This document shows positions 25,252 to 34,411 of a DNA stretch of 64,000 bases, piece by piece. Below the pieces are notes generated by a model. The model worked only from the letters and a program-made list of their open reading frames with translations, was not told the origin of the DNA and did no database searches. The position numbers were made by a program, and so were the translations under genes. This DNA is from Pirellulales bacterium (lineage in GTDB: Bacteria; Planctomycetota; Planctomycetia; Pirellulales; PALSA-1355). The stretch spans positions 4,539 through 68,538 of the forward strand of contig JBGSKX010000303.1 of NCBI GenBank assembly GCA_041741015.1, given 5' to 3'. The first letter of the stretch is position 1. The number at the start of each line of letters is the position of its first letter.

Positions 25252-26652
25252 TTGCCCGTGACTGAAAAGAACCGGAATGAGAGCGTTGCCAGTGAAGCCA
25301 CAGTCTTGGTGGGCGTGTTGCTGGCCGATCAACCGATCTATGACGAACCCCTCGAGGAACTCGAAGGCCTGGCCACATCGGCCGGTTCCCGGGTCGTGGG
25401 TCATTTGACCCAGCGGCGACAGACGCCCGATTTCACGACCTACCTGGGCAAAGGCAAAGTGGCCGAACTCAAGGCGCTGGTCGGCGCCACCGATGCTGAT
25501 ATCGTGATCTTCGACAACGATCTTTCTCCCGCTCAGACGCGAAATCTCGAAGAAGCTGTCGGCGTGAAGGTCCTTGACCGAAGCGAGCTCATCCTCGACA
25601 TCTTCGCCAGCCGAGCGCAGACCTATCAGGCCCGCCTCGCGGTCGAACTTGCTCAACTGCAGTATTCGCTGCCACGGCTGAAGCAGATGTGGACCCACTT
25701 GTCGCGTATCAAAATGGGCGTCGGTATGCGCGGTCCTGGTGAAAAACAGCTGGAAACTGACCGCCGACTGGTCGAAAAGCGAATCAGCGAGCTTCGCTCG
25801 GAGCTCCGTACGATCGAACAACGCAAGGAACGCGAGGTCGCCGCCCGCAGCGAACGGATGACGGTATCGCTAGTGGGCTATACGAATGCTGGTAAGAGCA
25901 CGCTCCTGAACCGGCTCACGGGGTCTGACGTGGTCGCGGAAAACCGCCTGTTCGCTACGCTCGACACCCGCACCCGCCGCTGGCAACTTCCCGGTTGGGG
26001 GCCCGTGCTGCTAAGCGACACGGTAGGTTTCATCCGAGACCTGCCTCACCATTTGATCGCCAGCTTTAAAGCCACGCTGGAGGAAGCCCGCCAGGCGGAC
26101 CTGCTGCTTCACGTCGCCGACGCAAGTAATCCAGCGGCACTCGAGCAGATTGCTGTGGTTTACAAGGTGCTTGAGGAACTTAGCATCAGTGAGAAGGACG
26201 CGTTGCTTGTGCTCAATAAGGTCGATCAAACCGATCGCGGCCAGCTAGCCTTGATTCGCAATCGATATCCGAACGCCGTGCCGATTAGTGCGTACACGGG
26301 CGAAGGAGTTGACAAACTGTCACTGACTGTAAGCCAGGCGCTGAGCCACAATTTTCTTGACTTGGATGTTGAAACCGGTGTCGAGAACGGTCGCCTCTTG
26401 GCGATGTTGTCCAGCCATGGGGAGGTGCTCTCCAAGCGGTATACCGATAGCCGCGTGATCGTGCATTGCCGCGTTCCGCAACGTGCAATGGGACACTTCC
26501 GTGGGGTCGACGCTCAGATTCGGCCGCATAGCTTGCCCAACGCCGAGGGCAATAGGCATGTGCACGACTCCCACGCCGCGGCGGCGGTCGTACATGAGCC
26601 CTCAGACACGCCAGTTCCACACCTGACCAATGGCAGTGGCGTGCGAAAGTAG
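25252..26652 (+). CDS. hflX: GTPase HflX
   Basis: HflX N-domain (GKGKVAELKALV..IVIFDNDLSPAQTRNLE). Coiled linker (LAVELAQLQYSLPRL). G-domain motifs GYTNAGKSTL, DTVGF and NKVD. The start is TTG. Confidence 0.9.
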   Translation: MPVTEKNRNESVASEATVLVGVLLADQPIYDEPLEELEGLATSAGSRVVGHLTQRRQTPDFTTYLGKGKVAELKALVGATDADIVIFDNDLSPAQTRNLEEAVGVKVLDRSELILDIFASRAQTYQARLAVELAQLQYSLPRLKQMWTHLSRIKMGVGMRGPGEKQLETDRRLVEKRISELRSELRTIEQRKEREVAARSERMTVSLVGYTNAGKSTLLNRLTGSDVVAENRLFATLDTRTRRWQLPGWGPVLLSDTVGFIRDLPHHLIASFKATLEEARQADLLLHVADASNPAALEQIAVVYKVLEELSISEKDALLVLNKVDQTDRGQLALIRNRYPNAVPISAYTGEGVDKLSLTVSQALSHNFLDLDVETGVENGRLLAMLSSHGEVLSKRYTDSRVIVHCRVPQRAMGHFRGVDAQIRPHSLPNAEGNRHVHDSHAAAAVVHEPSDTPVPHLTNGSGVRK

Positions 26653-26700
26653 CCGGGTTATTCCATTGGTCACGTGCGTTGGATTGCTATATTGGCGCCT

Positions 26701-27498
26701 ATGGCAAGACGTCGAATTCACGGGCTGCGTGGAATCCTGACCGGGTCTTCGAGTGGCATCGGATCTGCGCTGGCGGCCAACCTGGTTCGCGATGGTGCTC
26801 GATTGGTCGTTGTGGCCCGCCGCGAGCAGCGATTACGAGAACTCTGCAACAGCTTGAATGGCAGTCCGGGCGAGATTATTCCGCTAGTCGGCGACGTTGT
26901 CGACGCGACGACCCAGCAGGAGTCAATTGATCTCGCCGTTGAAATTTTTGGCGGTTTAGATCTCCTGATCAATAACGCCGGTGTTGGCGCCATGGGCCAG
27001 TTTGCCGAAGCGTCGCCCGAGCGTTTGCGGCAAGTTATGGACGTGAACTTCTTCGCCGCCGTTGAGCTGACTCGACGCGCCCTTCCAGTACTACGTAAGG
27101 GCGTCAGCCCAATCATCGTTAACGTCAGTAGCATCCTCGGCCACCGCGGTGTTCCAGGTTGCGCTGAATACTGCGCGAGCAAATTCGCACTGGAGGGCTT
27201 CAGCCAGTCGATCCGCGCGGAGCTTGCCCACGAAAGAATTGACGTCCTGGTGGTAAGCCCGGCTCGCACGAAGACGGAGTTCTTCGATCAAGCCATCGAC
27301 GCAAGCGGAACACCTTGGCCGAAGATCCGCGGGATGAGCTCCGAAGCTGTCGCGCGGCGAATGGTTCGAGCGATTCGCCGCGGCCAGCACCAGCTCATCA
27401 TCAGCCTGGGCGGAAAGTCGCTCGTTTGGGTCAGCCGGCTATTTCCAGGCATCGTGGACAGGGTGCTTGCGCGATATCACCAAGCTGGCGATTCTTGA
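26701..27498 (+). CDS. SDR-family oxidoreductase
   Basis: TGSSSGIGSALA (the TGxxxGxG motif), NNAG, and YCASK (the YxxxK motif). ATG at 26701. Confidence 0.88.
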   Translation: MARRRIHGLRGILTGSSSGIGSALAANLVRDGARLVVVARREQRLRELCNSLNGSPGEIIPLVGDVVDATTQQESIDLAVEIFGGLDLLINNAGVGAMGQFAEASPERLRQVMDVNFFAAVELTRRALPVLRKGVSPIIVNVSSILGHRGVPGCAEYCASKFALEGFSQSIRAELAHERIDVLVVSPARTKTEFFDQAIDASGTPWPKIRGMSSEAVARRMVRAIRRGQHQLIISLGGKSLVWVSRLFPGIVDRVLARYHQAGDS

Positions 27499-27629
27499 GC
27501 CTTTTCGCGGTCAATCGGCGGGCTGACACGGTCTTCGGTTTGCGTTATTCTAGATTCAGCGGCACATCCCCACTCTCGTGCCGTCCTCCGGTCGACCACC
27601 CACCCCAGACTCCCCGAGGAGCTCATCTG

Positions 27630-29087
27630 ATGTCCATGAAGAACAGGCGCCAGTTTCTGGAAGATTCGATGCTTGCTGCGGCCGCCGCGGTTGCGGCCGC
27701 GCCGGCTGCAAATGCGCTGGCTGCTGACGAACAGCCGTCGAACAGTCCCAGCGAAAAGCTCGGCGTCGCCGTGGTCGGCTGTGGTGGGCGCGGTGGCGAT
27801 CACCTGGAAGCCTTCACTGGACGGCCCGATACGGAAGTCCTGTACGTCGTCGACATCGACGAGAATACAGGTAAACGCCGCGCGAAGATGGTTGCCGACA
27901 AGCAAGGCCGGGAGCCGAAGGTCATCGTCGACATGCGCGAAGCATTTGATGATCCGGCCGTCAACATTGTCAGCACCGCGACTCCGAATCATTGGCATTC
28001 GCTGGTCGCGATCTGGGCCATGCAGGCCGGCAAGGATGTGTACGTCGAAAAGCCCGTCAGCCACAACGTGAGCGAAGGTCGACGTTGCGTCGAAGCCGCT
28101 CGCAAGTACAACCGTATTTGCCAGACAGGAACGCAAAGTCGTTCGAATCCTGGCATGCGCGACGCAATGCAATTTGTGCACGACGGCAAGATCGGCAAAG
28201 TCAGTGTTTCTCGCGGGCTGTGCTATAAGCGTCGCCCCACGATCGGTCCCAAAGGTGAATACGAGGTTCCCGCGGGAGTAAACTACGATCTGTGGCTGGG
28301 CCCTGCGCCGCTGGCGCCCCTCACGCGGCCGCGGTTCCACTATGACTGGCACTGGCAGTGGCCTTACGGCAATGGAGATCTTGGCAACCAAGGCATCCAC
28401 CAGATGGACCTCGCACGATGGGCGCTGGGAGTTGACCGCCTCAGCGACTGGGTGCTCAGCTACGGTGGCCGTGTTGGCTATGAGGACGCCGGCGAAACGG
28501 CGAACACTCAGATGATCGTTCACGGCTACGGCGACCAGGCACTGGTGTTCGAAGTGCGCGGGCTGCCTACCGAACCTTTCAAAGGAGCTGGCGTTGGCCT
28601 GATTGTGGAAGGCGCCGATGGCTACGTTGTGATGACCAGCTACTCCGAGGGCGCGGCCTTCGATAAAGACGGCAACAAGGTACAGGAATTCAAAGGCGGT
28701 GCAAATCACTATGAGAACTTCCTGAAGGCCGTCCGCAGTCGTAACTACAACGACCTGAACGCCGATATCGAAGAGGGACACCTCTCAAGCGCACTCTGCC
28801 ATCTTGGCAATATCTCGTATCGAATGGGAGAGCTCCTCTCGGTCCCCGAGATTGCCGAGCGGCTCCAAGGGGTCGAATCGGCAGAAAATGAAGTCGCCAG
28901 CTTTGAGCGTTTCAAAGAACACTTGGCCCACAACAAGCTCGATCTGGAGAACGTCAAGCTGCACTACGGGCCGAAGCTGGCTTTCGATCCGGCGGCCGAG
29001 AAGTTTATCGACAACTCACAAGCAGACGTCATGCTGACCCGCGAATACCGCGCGCCGTTTGTCGTCCCGGCGGCCGGAGCGGTCTAA
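27630..29087 (+). CDS. Gfo/Idh/MocA-family oxidoreductase with twin-arginine signal
   Basis: GAGGAG lies 8 nt upstream of ATG 27630. Tat motif NRRQFLEDS followed by an Ala-rich h-region. Rossmann motif VAVVGCGGRGGDH. The EKP motif is present in YVEKPVSHN. Confidence 0.9.
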   Translation: MSMKNRRQFLEDSMLAAAAAVAAAPAANALAADEQPSNSPSEKLGVAVVGCGGRGGDHLEAFTGRPDTEVLYVVDIDENTGKRRAKMVADKQGREPKVIVDMREAFDDPAVNIVSTATPNHWHSLVAIWAMQAGKDVYVEKPVSHNVSEGRRCVEAARKYNRICQTGTQSRSNPGMRDAMQFVHDGKIGKVSVSRGLCYKRRPTIGPKGEYEVPAGVNYDLWLGPAPLAPLTRPRFHYDWHWQWPYGNGDLGNQGIHQMDLARWALGVDRLSDWVLSYGGRVGYEDAGETANTQMIVHGYGDQALVFEVRGLPTEPFKGAGVGLIVEGADGYVVMTSYSEGAAFDKDGNKVQEFKGGANHYENFLKAVRSRNYNDLNADIEEGHLSSALCHLGNISYRMGELLSVPEIAERLQGVESAENEVASFERFKEHLAHNKLDLENVKLHYGPKLAFDPAAEKFIDNSQADVMLTREYRAPFVVPAAGAV

Positions 29088-29109
29088 GCTTTATCAAGGT
29101 TCTAAGGCG

Positions 29110-29149
29110 GAAGGCCGCAGGAAGGATTTCCTGCGGCCTTCTGTTGTTT
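29110..29149 (+). terminator. Rho-independent terminator-like hairpin after the Gfo/Idh/MocA gene
   Basis: A 13-14-bp perfect stem, gaaggccgcagga(a) / (t)tcctgcggccttc, is followed by tgttgtttc. It ends 1 nt before the next ATG. Confidence 0.6.
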
Positions 29150-29150
29150 C

Positions 29151-29870
29151 ATGACAGCAACAGCGTATGGTTTCGGAATCATTTTCGAAGACGACTCCAT
29201 TCTGGTGGTGAACAAGCCAGCCGGCATCACCACCCAGGCGCCGCGCGCCTTTGAAAGCCTTGAGTCGCGGGTTCGCCTCTACTTGGCCGCCGCAGTGGGC
29301 TGCGCGCCCGAGGACGTATACGTCGGGATTCCCCATCGCCTCGATCGTCCGGTCACCGGCGTAATCGTGTTTGCAAAGACAAGGCAAGCCGCACGGCATC
29401 TCTCGAAACAGATCGAGCGTCGGCGCGTACGCAAGATTTACTGGTCATGTGTAGAACGTGTTGTCGAGCCGCTCGAAGGAACTTGGACTGACTACCTCCA
29501 TAAATTCCACGGCCAGCCGAAGACAGCCGTCGTCGAAGCGACGCATCCGCAGGGGCTGGAGTCGATCCTGCACTATCGCACGCTCGGATTTCATCAGGCC
29601 GGCTCGTGGCTGGAGATCGAGCTGGAAACCGGCCGCACGCACCAGATCCGCGTGCAGTCTTCCTCGCGTGGGCATCCCGTGTTGGGCGACGAAGCGTACG
29701 GCGCCAGGCTTCCTTTCGGTCCCCATCAAGACGATGAGCGACTGCGGCGGATCGCGCTACATGCTCGTTCTCTGACGTTTCATCATCCGAAGTCGAAGGA
29801 GCAGATGATGGTCGAAGCGCCGCCGACGGACTCTTGGGCAGATCTCGCACTCACACCACGCGAAATATGA
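29151..29870 (+). CDS. RluA-family pseudouridine synthase
   Basis: The catalytic-Asp motif HRLDRPVTGVIVFAK and GRTHQIRVQ are both present. Confidence 0.88.
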   Translation: MTATAYGFGIIFEDDSILVVNKPAGITTQAPRAFESLESRVRLYLAAAVGCAPEDVYVGIPHRLDRPVTGVIVFAKTRQAARHLSKQIERRRVRKIYWSCVERVVEPLEGTWTDYLHKFHGQPKTAVVEATHPQGLESILHYRTLGFHQAGSWLEIELETGRTHQIRVQSSSRGHPVLGDEAYGARLPFGPHQDDERLRRIALHARSLTFHHPKSKEQMMVEAPPTDSWADLALTPREI

Positions 29871-29871
29871 A

Positions 29872-31293
29872 TCAGCCGCCGACGGCCCCCAGCGAGTACA
29901 GAAAATTCCACAGCCAAGGGTGAGTCCACGGATTCCAGGTCGGATATGTCGCCGAAAGTACGCTCAGAGCGAGGAGTATTGAGGCAAAGATACGCCCCCC
30001 ACGGCAGCAGTCAAGGCGATCGGCCGCCGGCAGCATTGCTACAAGCCACAACGGCGCGAACCAGAACATCCAGCGAAACCCACTGGTCATTCCGCCGTAG
30101 TTCCGATCGATCTCGGGCCTGGCGAGATAGAACACCAGGCAGACAGCAGACAGCAGGGCAATGAAGCCTGCCAATGCCACCAGGTCGCGTCGCCAGAGGA
30201 GCCAAATTCCCCACATGCTCAAACACCAAATTGGCGTGAGCGAATAGATGCCATGATGGCCCACTGTTGCGTGGAGCACGTACGTGCCGACGCTCGGTTC
30301 GCCACGATCGATGCCCTGCGGGGTTCGCCAATAGCTGTCGCGCATCTTGCCGCGGAGCATGTACGAGTAATCGTACCAGTTGTCTTCAGGATTCGTTTCA
30401 CTGCGGTGCATGTACGGCGGCCGCAAGCTGTCGTGCGCGATGTAATTTGTGCCGAACATGGCGATAGCAACCAGCACCGCCGGAGGTGCGAAGCCGAGCA
30501 GGGTCTCTCGCGGAGCCTTCCAAAACAGCAACGCGCCCGTTAGTGCGGCGAGCGACAAGGCCGGCAGTTCATTCGTGACGGCAAACGCGGCAAAGAAACC
30601 CGCCAATGCGAAGTATCGCAACCGCCGTTCGCCGTCGTACCAGATGCGCACCAGCGACCAGAGCACAATTGCCGCGCAGACCGCTGCCGGAATGTGATTG
30701 TTGATGCTGACGGCGAACGTCGTCAAAAAGGTGCCGAAGCATGCCGCCGCGAATGTAAAAATCCTCCCCCAATCAGTTGTTCCCAGTCTTTCGGCGAGGA
30801 GCGTCAGGACCAGGAAGTACACCATTAGAGGCACGACGTTATAGAGCACGATCAGTCCGCGTCCGATTTCGTAGGGATGCGTGCCCAGCGTGGAGCCCGT
30901 CGTGCGGTTAACGATCCAGTAGGGGCCAGCCATCAACGTGGCAAATAGCGGCGGCTTACTCGAATACTGATGGAGTTGGCCATCACGACCGCGATGCTGC
31001 ACCATGTCGATCGTGTCCCATCCGCGTTCCTGGATCACCTTGTCGATGGCGTATGTGCCTTGTTCGACAAGCGCGCGGACGGTCGCCCAGCGGCTGCGGT
31101 CGTTGGCGCTCAGGAATGGCCGCTGCCGCTGCCAGTCTTTCTTGCCCTCACGATGCAACTGCACTTCGATCGCCTGTACGTCGACGGAGGTGACTGCGAG
31201 GATTCGCCCCAGCATGGCGCCTGTCGAAATCGCGATGAGCAGCAGGTAGATGCTCCAGCGCAGCGTACGGGCTTGCTCGGCCGGATCGTTCAT
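29872..31293 (-). CDS. Large polytopic membrane protein, putative GT-C-type (polyprenol-phosphate-sugar-dependent) glycosyltransferase
   Basis: ATG at 31293 (MNDPAEQ) overlaps the GT2 stop by 4 nt (ATGA). There are at least 10 hydrophobic segments with one large extracytoplasmic loop. The family assignment rests on context and topology only. Confidence 0.7.
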   Translation of the reverse strand: MNDPAEQARTLRWSIYLLLIAISTGAMLGRILAVTSVDVQAIEVQLHREGKKDWQRQRPFLSANDRSRWATVRALVEQGTYAIDKVIQERGWDTIDMVQHRGRDGQLHQYSSKPPLFATLMAGPYWIVNRTTGSTLGTHPYEIGRGLIVLYNVVPLMVYFLVLTLLAERLGTTDWGRIFTFAAACFGTFLTTFAVSINNHIPAAVCAAIVLWSLVRIWYDGERRLRYFALAGFFAAFAVTNELPALSLAALTGALLFWKAPRETLLGFAPPAVLVAIAMFGTNYIAHDSLRPPYMHRSETNPEDNWYDYSYMLRGKMRDSYWRTPQGIDRGEPSVGTYVLHATVGHHGIYSLTPIWCLSMWGIWLLWRRDLVALAGFIALLSAVCLVFYLARPEIDRNYGGMTSGFRWMFWFAPLWLVAMLPAADRLDCCRGGRIFASILLALSVLSATYPTWNPWTHPWLWNFLYSLGAVGG

Positions 31294-32270
31294 GAGGGAC
31301 GGGGGGCATGCTGGTCGGCGTGGTCGGGAGTGCGCTCCGCGACCGAGTAAGTTTCGGTATCGCGCACTTGGTAGGCCGTAATCAACTCGGCCAGAAAGCC
31401 CATCGACATGAGCTGAGCACCGAGTAGCAGGGCACCCAGAGAATAGACCACCGCGGGACGCTGATGCAAGGGTGTGATTTCCCACCCGGGGATGGTGTGC
31501 GCCAATACCCAATTGATGGCTAGCGACGCCAGGCCCAAGAAGCCGAGTGAAAAAGAAATCAAGCCGATGGTTCCCATCACATGTTGCGGTCGCTGCCCGA
31601 AACCGGTCAGGAACTTGACCGTCAGAAGGTCAAGAAAGCCCTTCGTCAGCCGCCGGACGCCATACTTCGAGCGGCCGAACTGCCTTGCTCGATGCTGGAT
31701 CGTGATCTCGCCAATCGCGAAGCCGCGCGCTGCCGCCAGCACCGGGACGAAACGATGCAACTCGCCGTACAGCCGCACCTCGCGGAGCACTTCGCGACGG
31801 TAGCACTTCATACCACAGTTATGGTCGTGCAGCTTTACGCCGGTGAGCCAACTGACCATCGCATTAAAGACGCGCGATGGCAGTACCTTGTGCCAGGGAT
31901 CATGTCGCACATGTTTCCAGCCGCTCACGACGTCGAGCTCTTCGGAAATCGCAGCTAGAAAACGTGGAATCTCTTGCGGGTCGTCCTGCAAGTCAGCGTC
32001 GAGCGTCATCACCAGCTCGCCGCGCGCCGAACGAAAACCGGCCGAGAGTGCCGCGGCTTTCCCAAAGTTCCGGCGGAAGCGGATCCCGCGTACCCGCTCA
32101 TCGGCTGCGGCCAGACGTTGAATCACATGCCATGAGCCGTCGCACGAGCCATCGTCGATAAAGATGATATCCAGGTCGTAGCCGTGTTTGCGCGCCACCG
32201 CGTCGAGCTCCTGATAGAGAGCTTCGAGGCTTTCTCGCTCGTCGCAGACGGGAATTACGATTGACAGCAT
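31290..32270 (-). CDS. GT2 polyprenol-phosphate glycosyltransferase (GtrB / ArnC / DPM1-like)
   Basis: MLSIVIPVCDE, FIDDGSCDGS and the DxD motif in LDADLQDD are present. Two C-terminal TM helices match GtrB-type enzymes. Confidence 0.9.
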   Translation of the reverse strand: MLSIVIPVCDERESLEALYQELDAVARKHGYDLDIIFIDDGSCDGSWHVIQRLAAADERVRGIRFRRNFGKAAALSAGFRSARGELVMTLDADLQDDPQEIPRFLAAISEELDVVSGWKHVRHDPWHKVLPSRVFNAMVSWLTGVKLHDHNCGMKCYRREVLREVRLYGELHRFVPVLAAARGFAIGEITIQHRARQFGRSKYGVRRLTKGFLDLLTVKFLTGFGQRPQHVMGTIGLISFSLGFLGLASLAINWVLAHTIPGWEITPLHQRPAVVYSLGALLLGAQLMSMGFLAELITAYQVRDTETYSVAERTPDHADQHAPRPS

Positions 32271-32308
32271 CGCGTATCGCAGTGGTAGTTGGCGCGGGAG
32301 CCCCGAAA

Positions 32309-33364
32309 CTACTGTTCAGCGGCCATTTCGTCTTCGACCTCGCGCAACCGAGGCATTCGACGCCAGCCCGCTACATACAGGATAATTGAAATCGCCAGCT
32401 CCGACACCACGAGCACCAAACGGTAGAAAATTGCCGAGACAATGGCAACGCTGGGGCCGTACATCGGCTCGATGAGTTGGGCCGATACCCACTCTCGCAC
32501 GGCCAGGCCTCCAGGAATCTGCGACAAAAAACCGGCCACTACGCTGAGGGCGACTGCGGTGGTATGCAGCGACAACTCGTGGAACGGGCCACTATCGCAG
32601 GCGCCCAACCCGCGAAGCGTCGCCCAGAGGCTCGCTCCCTGCAATAACCACCCGAAGGCCAATCCAGTCCACCCGGCAAAGAGCATGGGCCACGTGATTT
32701 TGCGAAATTTCCGTCCGGCGGTGGGGTTGAGCCGTGTTACGCCCAATTTCCGCAGCAGGAATTCGAATAGGAACGGGGCAGTTGGCGCGCCGAGCAGTAC
32801 CACCGATCCGGCGGCGGTCGCGATCAGCAGTAGTTGATTCGGATGCCAGATAATCAGTACGAGCGACGAGATCGCCGCCCCTACGGCCAGAAACGTGAAC
32901 GTTTCAAAGAATACGCTGGCGGCGACAACCGTGTGCTCGACCCTCGGATCGCGCAATAGCACACGTCGCAGCAGAATTACCATCCATTTCCCGGGTACGT
33001 ACTTACCGAGCTGCGAAATGTAGTAGGCGCGAACCGATTCGCCCAGCGTCACCGGCTGATCTGTGGCCAGCAATATCCGATGCCAAAAGAACGCTGGTGG
33101 CAGAATGCTCACCAGATAGATGACGCCGGAAGCAACCAGCCACCAGGGTTCCACCTGCCACTGATGTTGACGGAGCTGTTCCTGGCCCGAGGCAAGCGCA
33201 TGATAAATGGCGTAACACAAGAGGGCGAAGATCGCCAGCTTCAGGCCGGTCACCAGGTGCCGGGTCCAACGCTTCGGGGTATCGCTCACGAGAATGTATC
33301 CAGTCGAATCGCCAACAAGCATGGAAGGGGTCCCTATTGTGGCGGCCTGGGCGAATAGCGACAA
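32309..33364 (-). CDS. Flippase-like membrane protein (lysyl-PG-synthase TM-region / UPF0104-like)
   Basis: About 8 TM segments with the general composition of the family. It lies 38 nt upstream of the GT2 gene. The start is TTG 33364 or ATG 33322. Confidence 0.7.
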   Translation of the reverse strand: MSLFAQAATIGTPSMLVGDSTGYILVSDTPKRWTRHLVTGLKLAIFALLCYAIYHALASGQEQLRQHQWQVEPWWLVASGVIYLVSILPPAFFWHRILLATDQPVTLGESVRAYYISQLGKYVPGKWMVILLRRVLLRDPRVEHTVVAASVFFETFTFLAVGAAISSLVLIIWHPNQLLLIATAAGSVVLLGAPTAPFLFEFLLRKLGVTRLNPTAGRKFRKITWPMLFAGWTGLAFGWLLQGASLWATLRGLGACDSGPFHELSLHTTAVALSVVAGFLSQIPGGLAVREWVSAQLIEPMYGPSVAIVSAIFYRLVLVVSELAISIILYVAGWRRMPRLREVEDEMAAEQ

Positions 33365-33474
33365 GGCGAGTCATCACTCGCGGGGGTGGGCCTGTTCGAT
33401 ATGACTACTGCGGGAGGAGGCGGAGTGTTAGGATATTTCAAACACGGGAACCGCCGTCCTGAAGGGGGCCAAAT

Positions 33475-34392
33475 ATGAACATGCTATTTGTGCTGGTTGC
33501 TGCGACCGCCCTCGGCATCGAAGTCGGCTGGGAGCCACTCCCCGGAGGTGGTCACGAGTACACCCTGCAACTCGAGCCACAGTTACTCAGAGTGCTTGAG
33601 GGGGGGCAGGAGGAAATATTCAGTGAAGTGCCAGCAGGAGTCGACGTACGTCGCTACCGAATCGTGGTCGGAGTCGGCAAATTGCGGCGCGACTACGGCC
33701 CCCTGGCCGCCGAGATCGAACAACCCCTTGCAGCAGCAGGTGTCACTGCGCCTCCGCAGGCAGTCAATTCTGCGCCCTTAGCGTCGCCTTTCAATCAGCC
33801 AACGGATGGATCGCCAGATCATGAGGCCGTCCCAGCGGCAGGCCCATACAATGCGCAGGGGGCAATGCAGCCATCAGCAGATATGGAATCAATCCCTCCT
33901 GCAGAGGAACCAACCAGCGCAACGCCTGACTTTGGTTTGCCTGCGCCGGGAGTTGCGGAGCCGGAGTTTCCGCCGGCAGAACCTGCCGGAATGAATCCAC
34001 AAACGTCATCTTCTGGCGCGCCGGCCGATGAACTTTGGCATAATAGCGCGGAGCAATCCGTTTCCGAAGGCAAAGCCGAGCAGAAATCTTCAGCCGCGGC
34101 GAAGACGGCTCAGGCGCCGGCTAAGTTGCCCGAGGAAAACGATCCTTCCGCGCCGATTCGCGCCGCGACGTTTGAAGATGGCAAGGGCAGCGCTGCATCG
34201 GGAGTGGTCGATACGGGCAAGCCTGAACTGCCACTTACAGAACCAACGTCGCAGCCCTGGGCACCCTTAGTCGTGACAATCGTTTTGCTCGCGTGCTCGC
34301 TCGGCGGCAACATTTTTCTGGGTTGGATTGCGGCGGACGCGCGGGCTCGTTATCGAAACGCGATAGCTAAGCTACGCGGTGCGGCGGTCTAG
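33475..34392 (+). CDS. Hypothetical protein: N-terminal hydrophobic/signal segment, Pro/Ala-rich low-complexity centre, C-terminal TM anchor
   Basis: Begins MNMLFVLVAATALG. The long P/A/E-rich middle carries no recognisable motif. The C-terminus is WAPLVVTIVLLACSLGGNIFLGWIAA followed by a basic tail. Confidence 0.7.
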   Translation: MNMLFVLVAATALGIEVGWEPLPGGGHEYTLQLEPQLLRVLEGGQEEIFSEVPAGVDVRRYRIVVGVGKLRRDYGPLAAEIEQPLAAAGVTAPPQAVNSAPLASPFNQPTDGSPDHEAVPAAGPYNAQGAMQPSADMESIPPAEEPTSATPDFGLPAPGVAEPEFPPAEPAGMNPQTSSSGAPADELWHNSAEQSVSEGKAEQKSSAAAKTAQAPAKLPEENDPSAPIRAATFEDGKGSAASGVVDTGKPELPLTEPTSQPWAPLVVTIVLLACSLGGNIFLGWIAADARARYRNAIAKLRGAAV

Positions 34393-34411
34393 TTGCTCAT
34401 TCTCAGCACTC

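Noticed and set aside
27315-27629. A 105-aa N-terminal extension of the Gfo/Idh/MocA ORF
   Set aside because: It overlaps the SDR gene end. ATG 27630 has a GAGGAG RBS and starts a textbook Tat signal.
27477-28781. A 434-aa minus-strand ORF
   Set aside because: It is antisense to the Gfo/Idh/MocA gene, which has a Tat signal, a Rossmann motif and an RBS.
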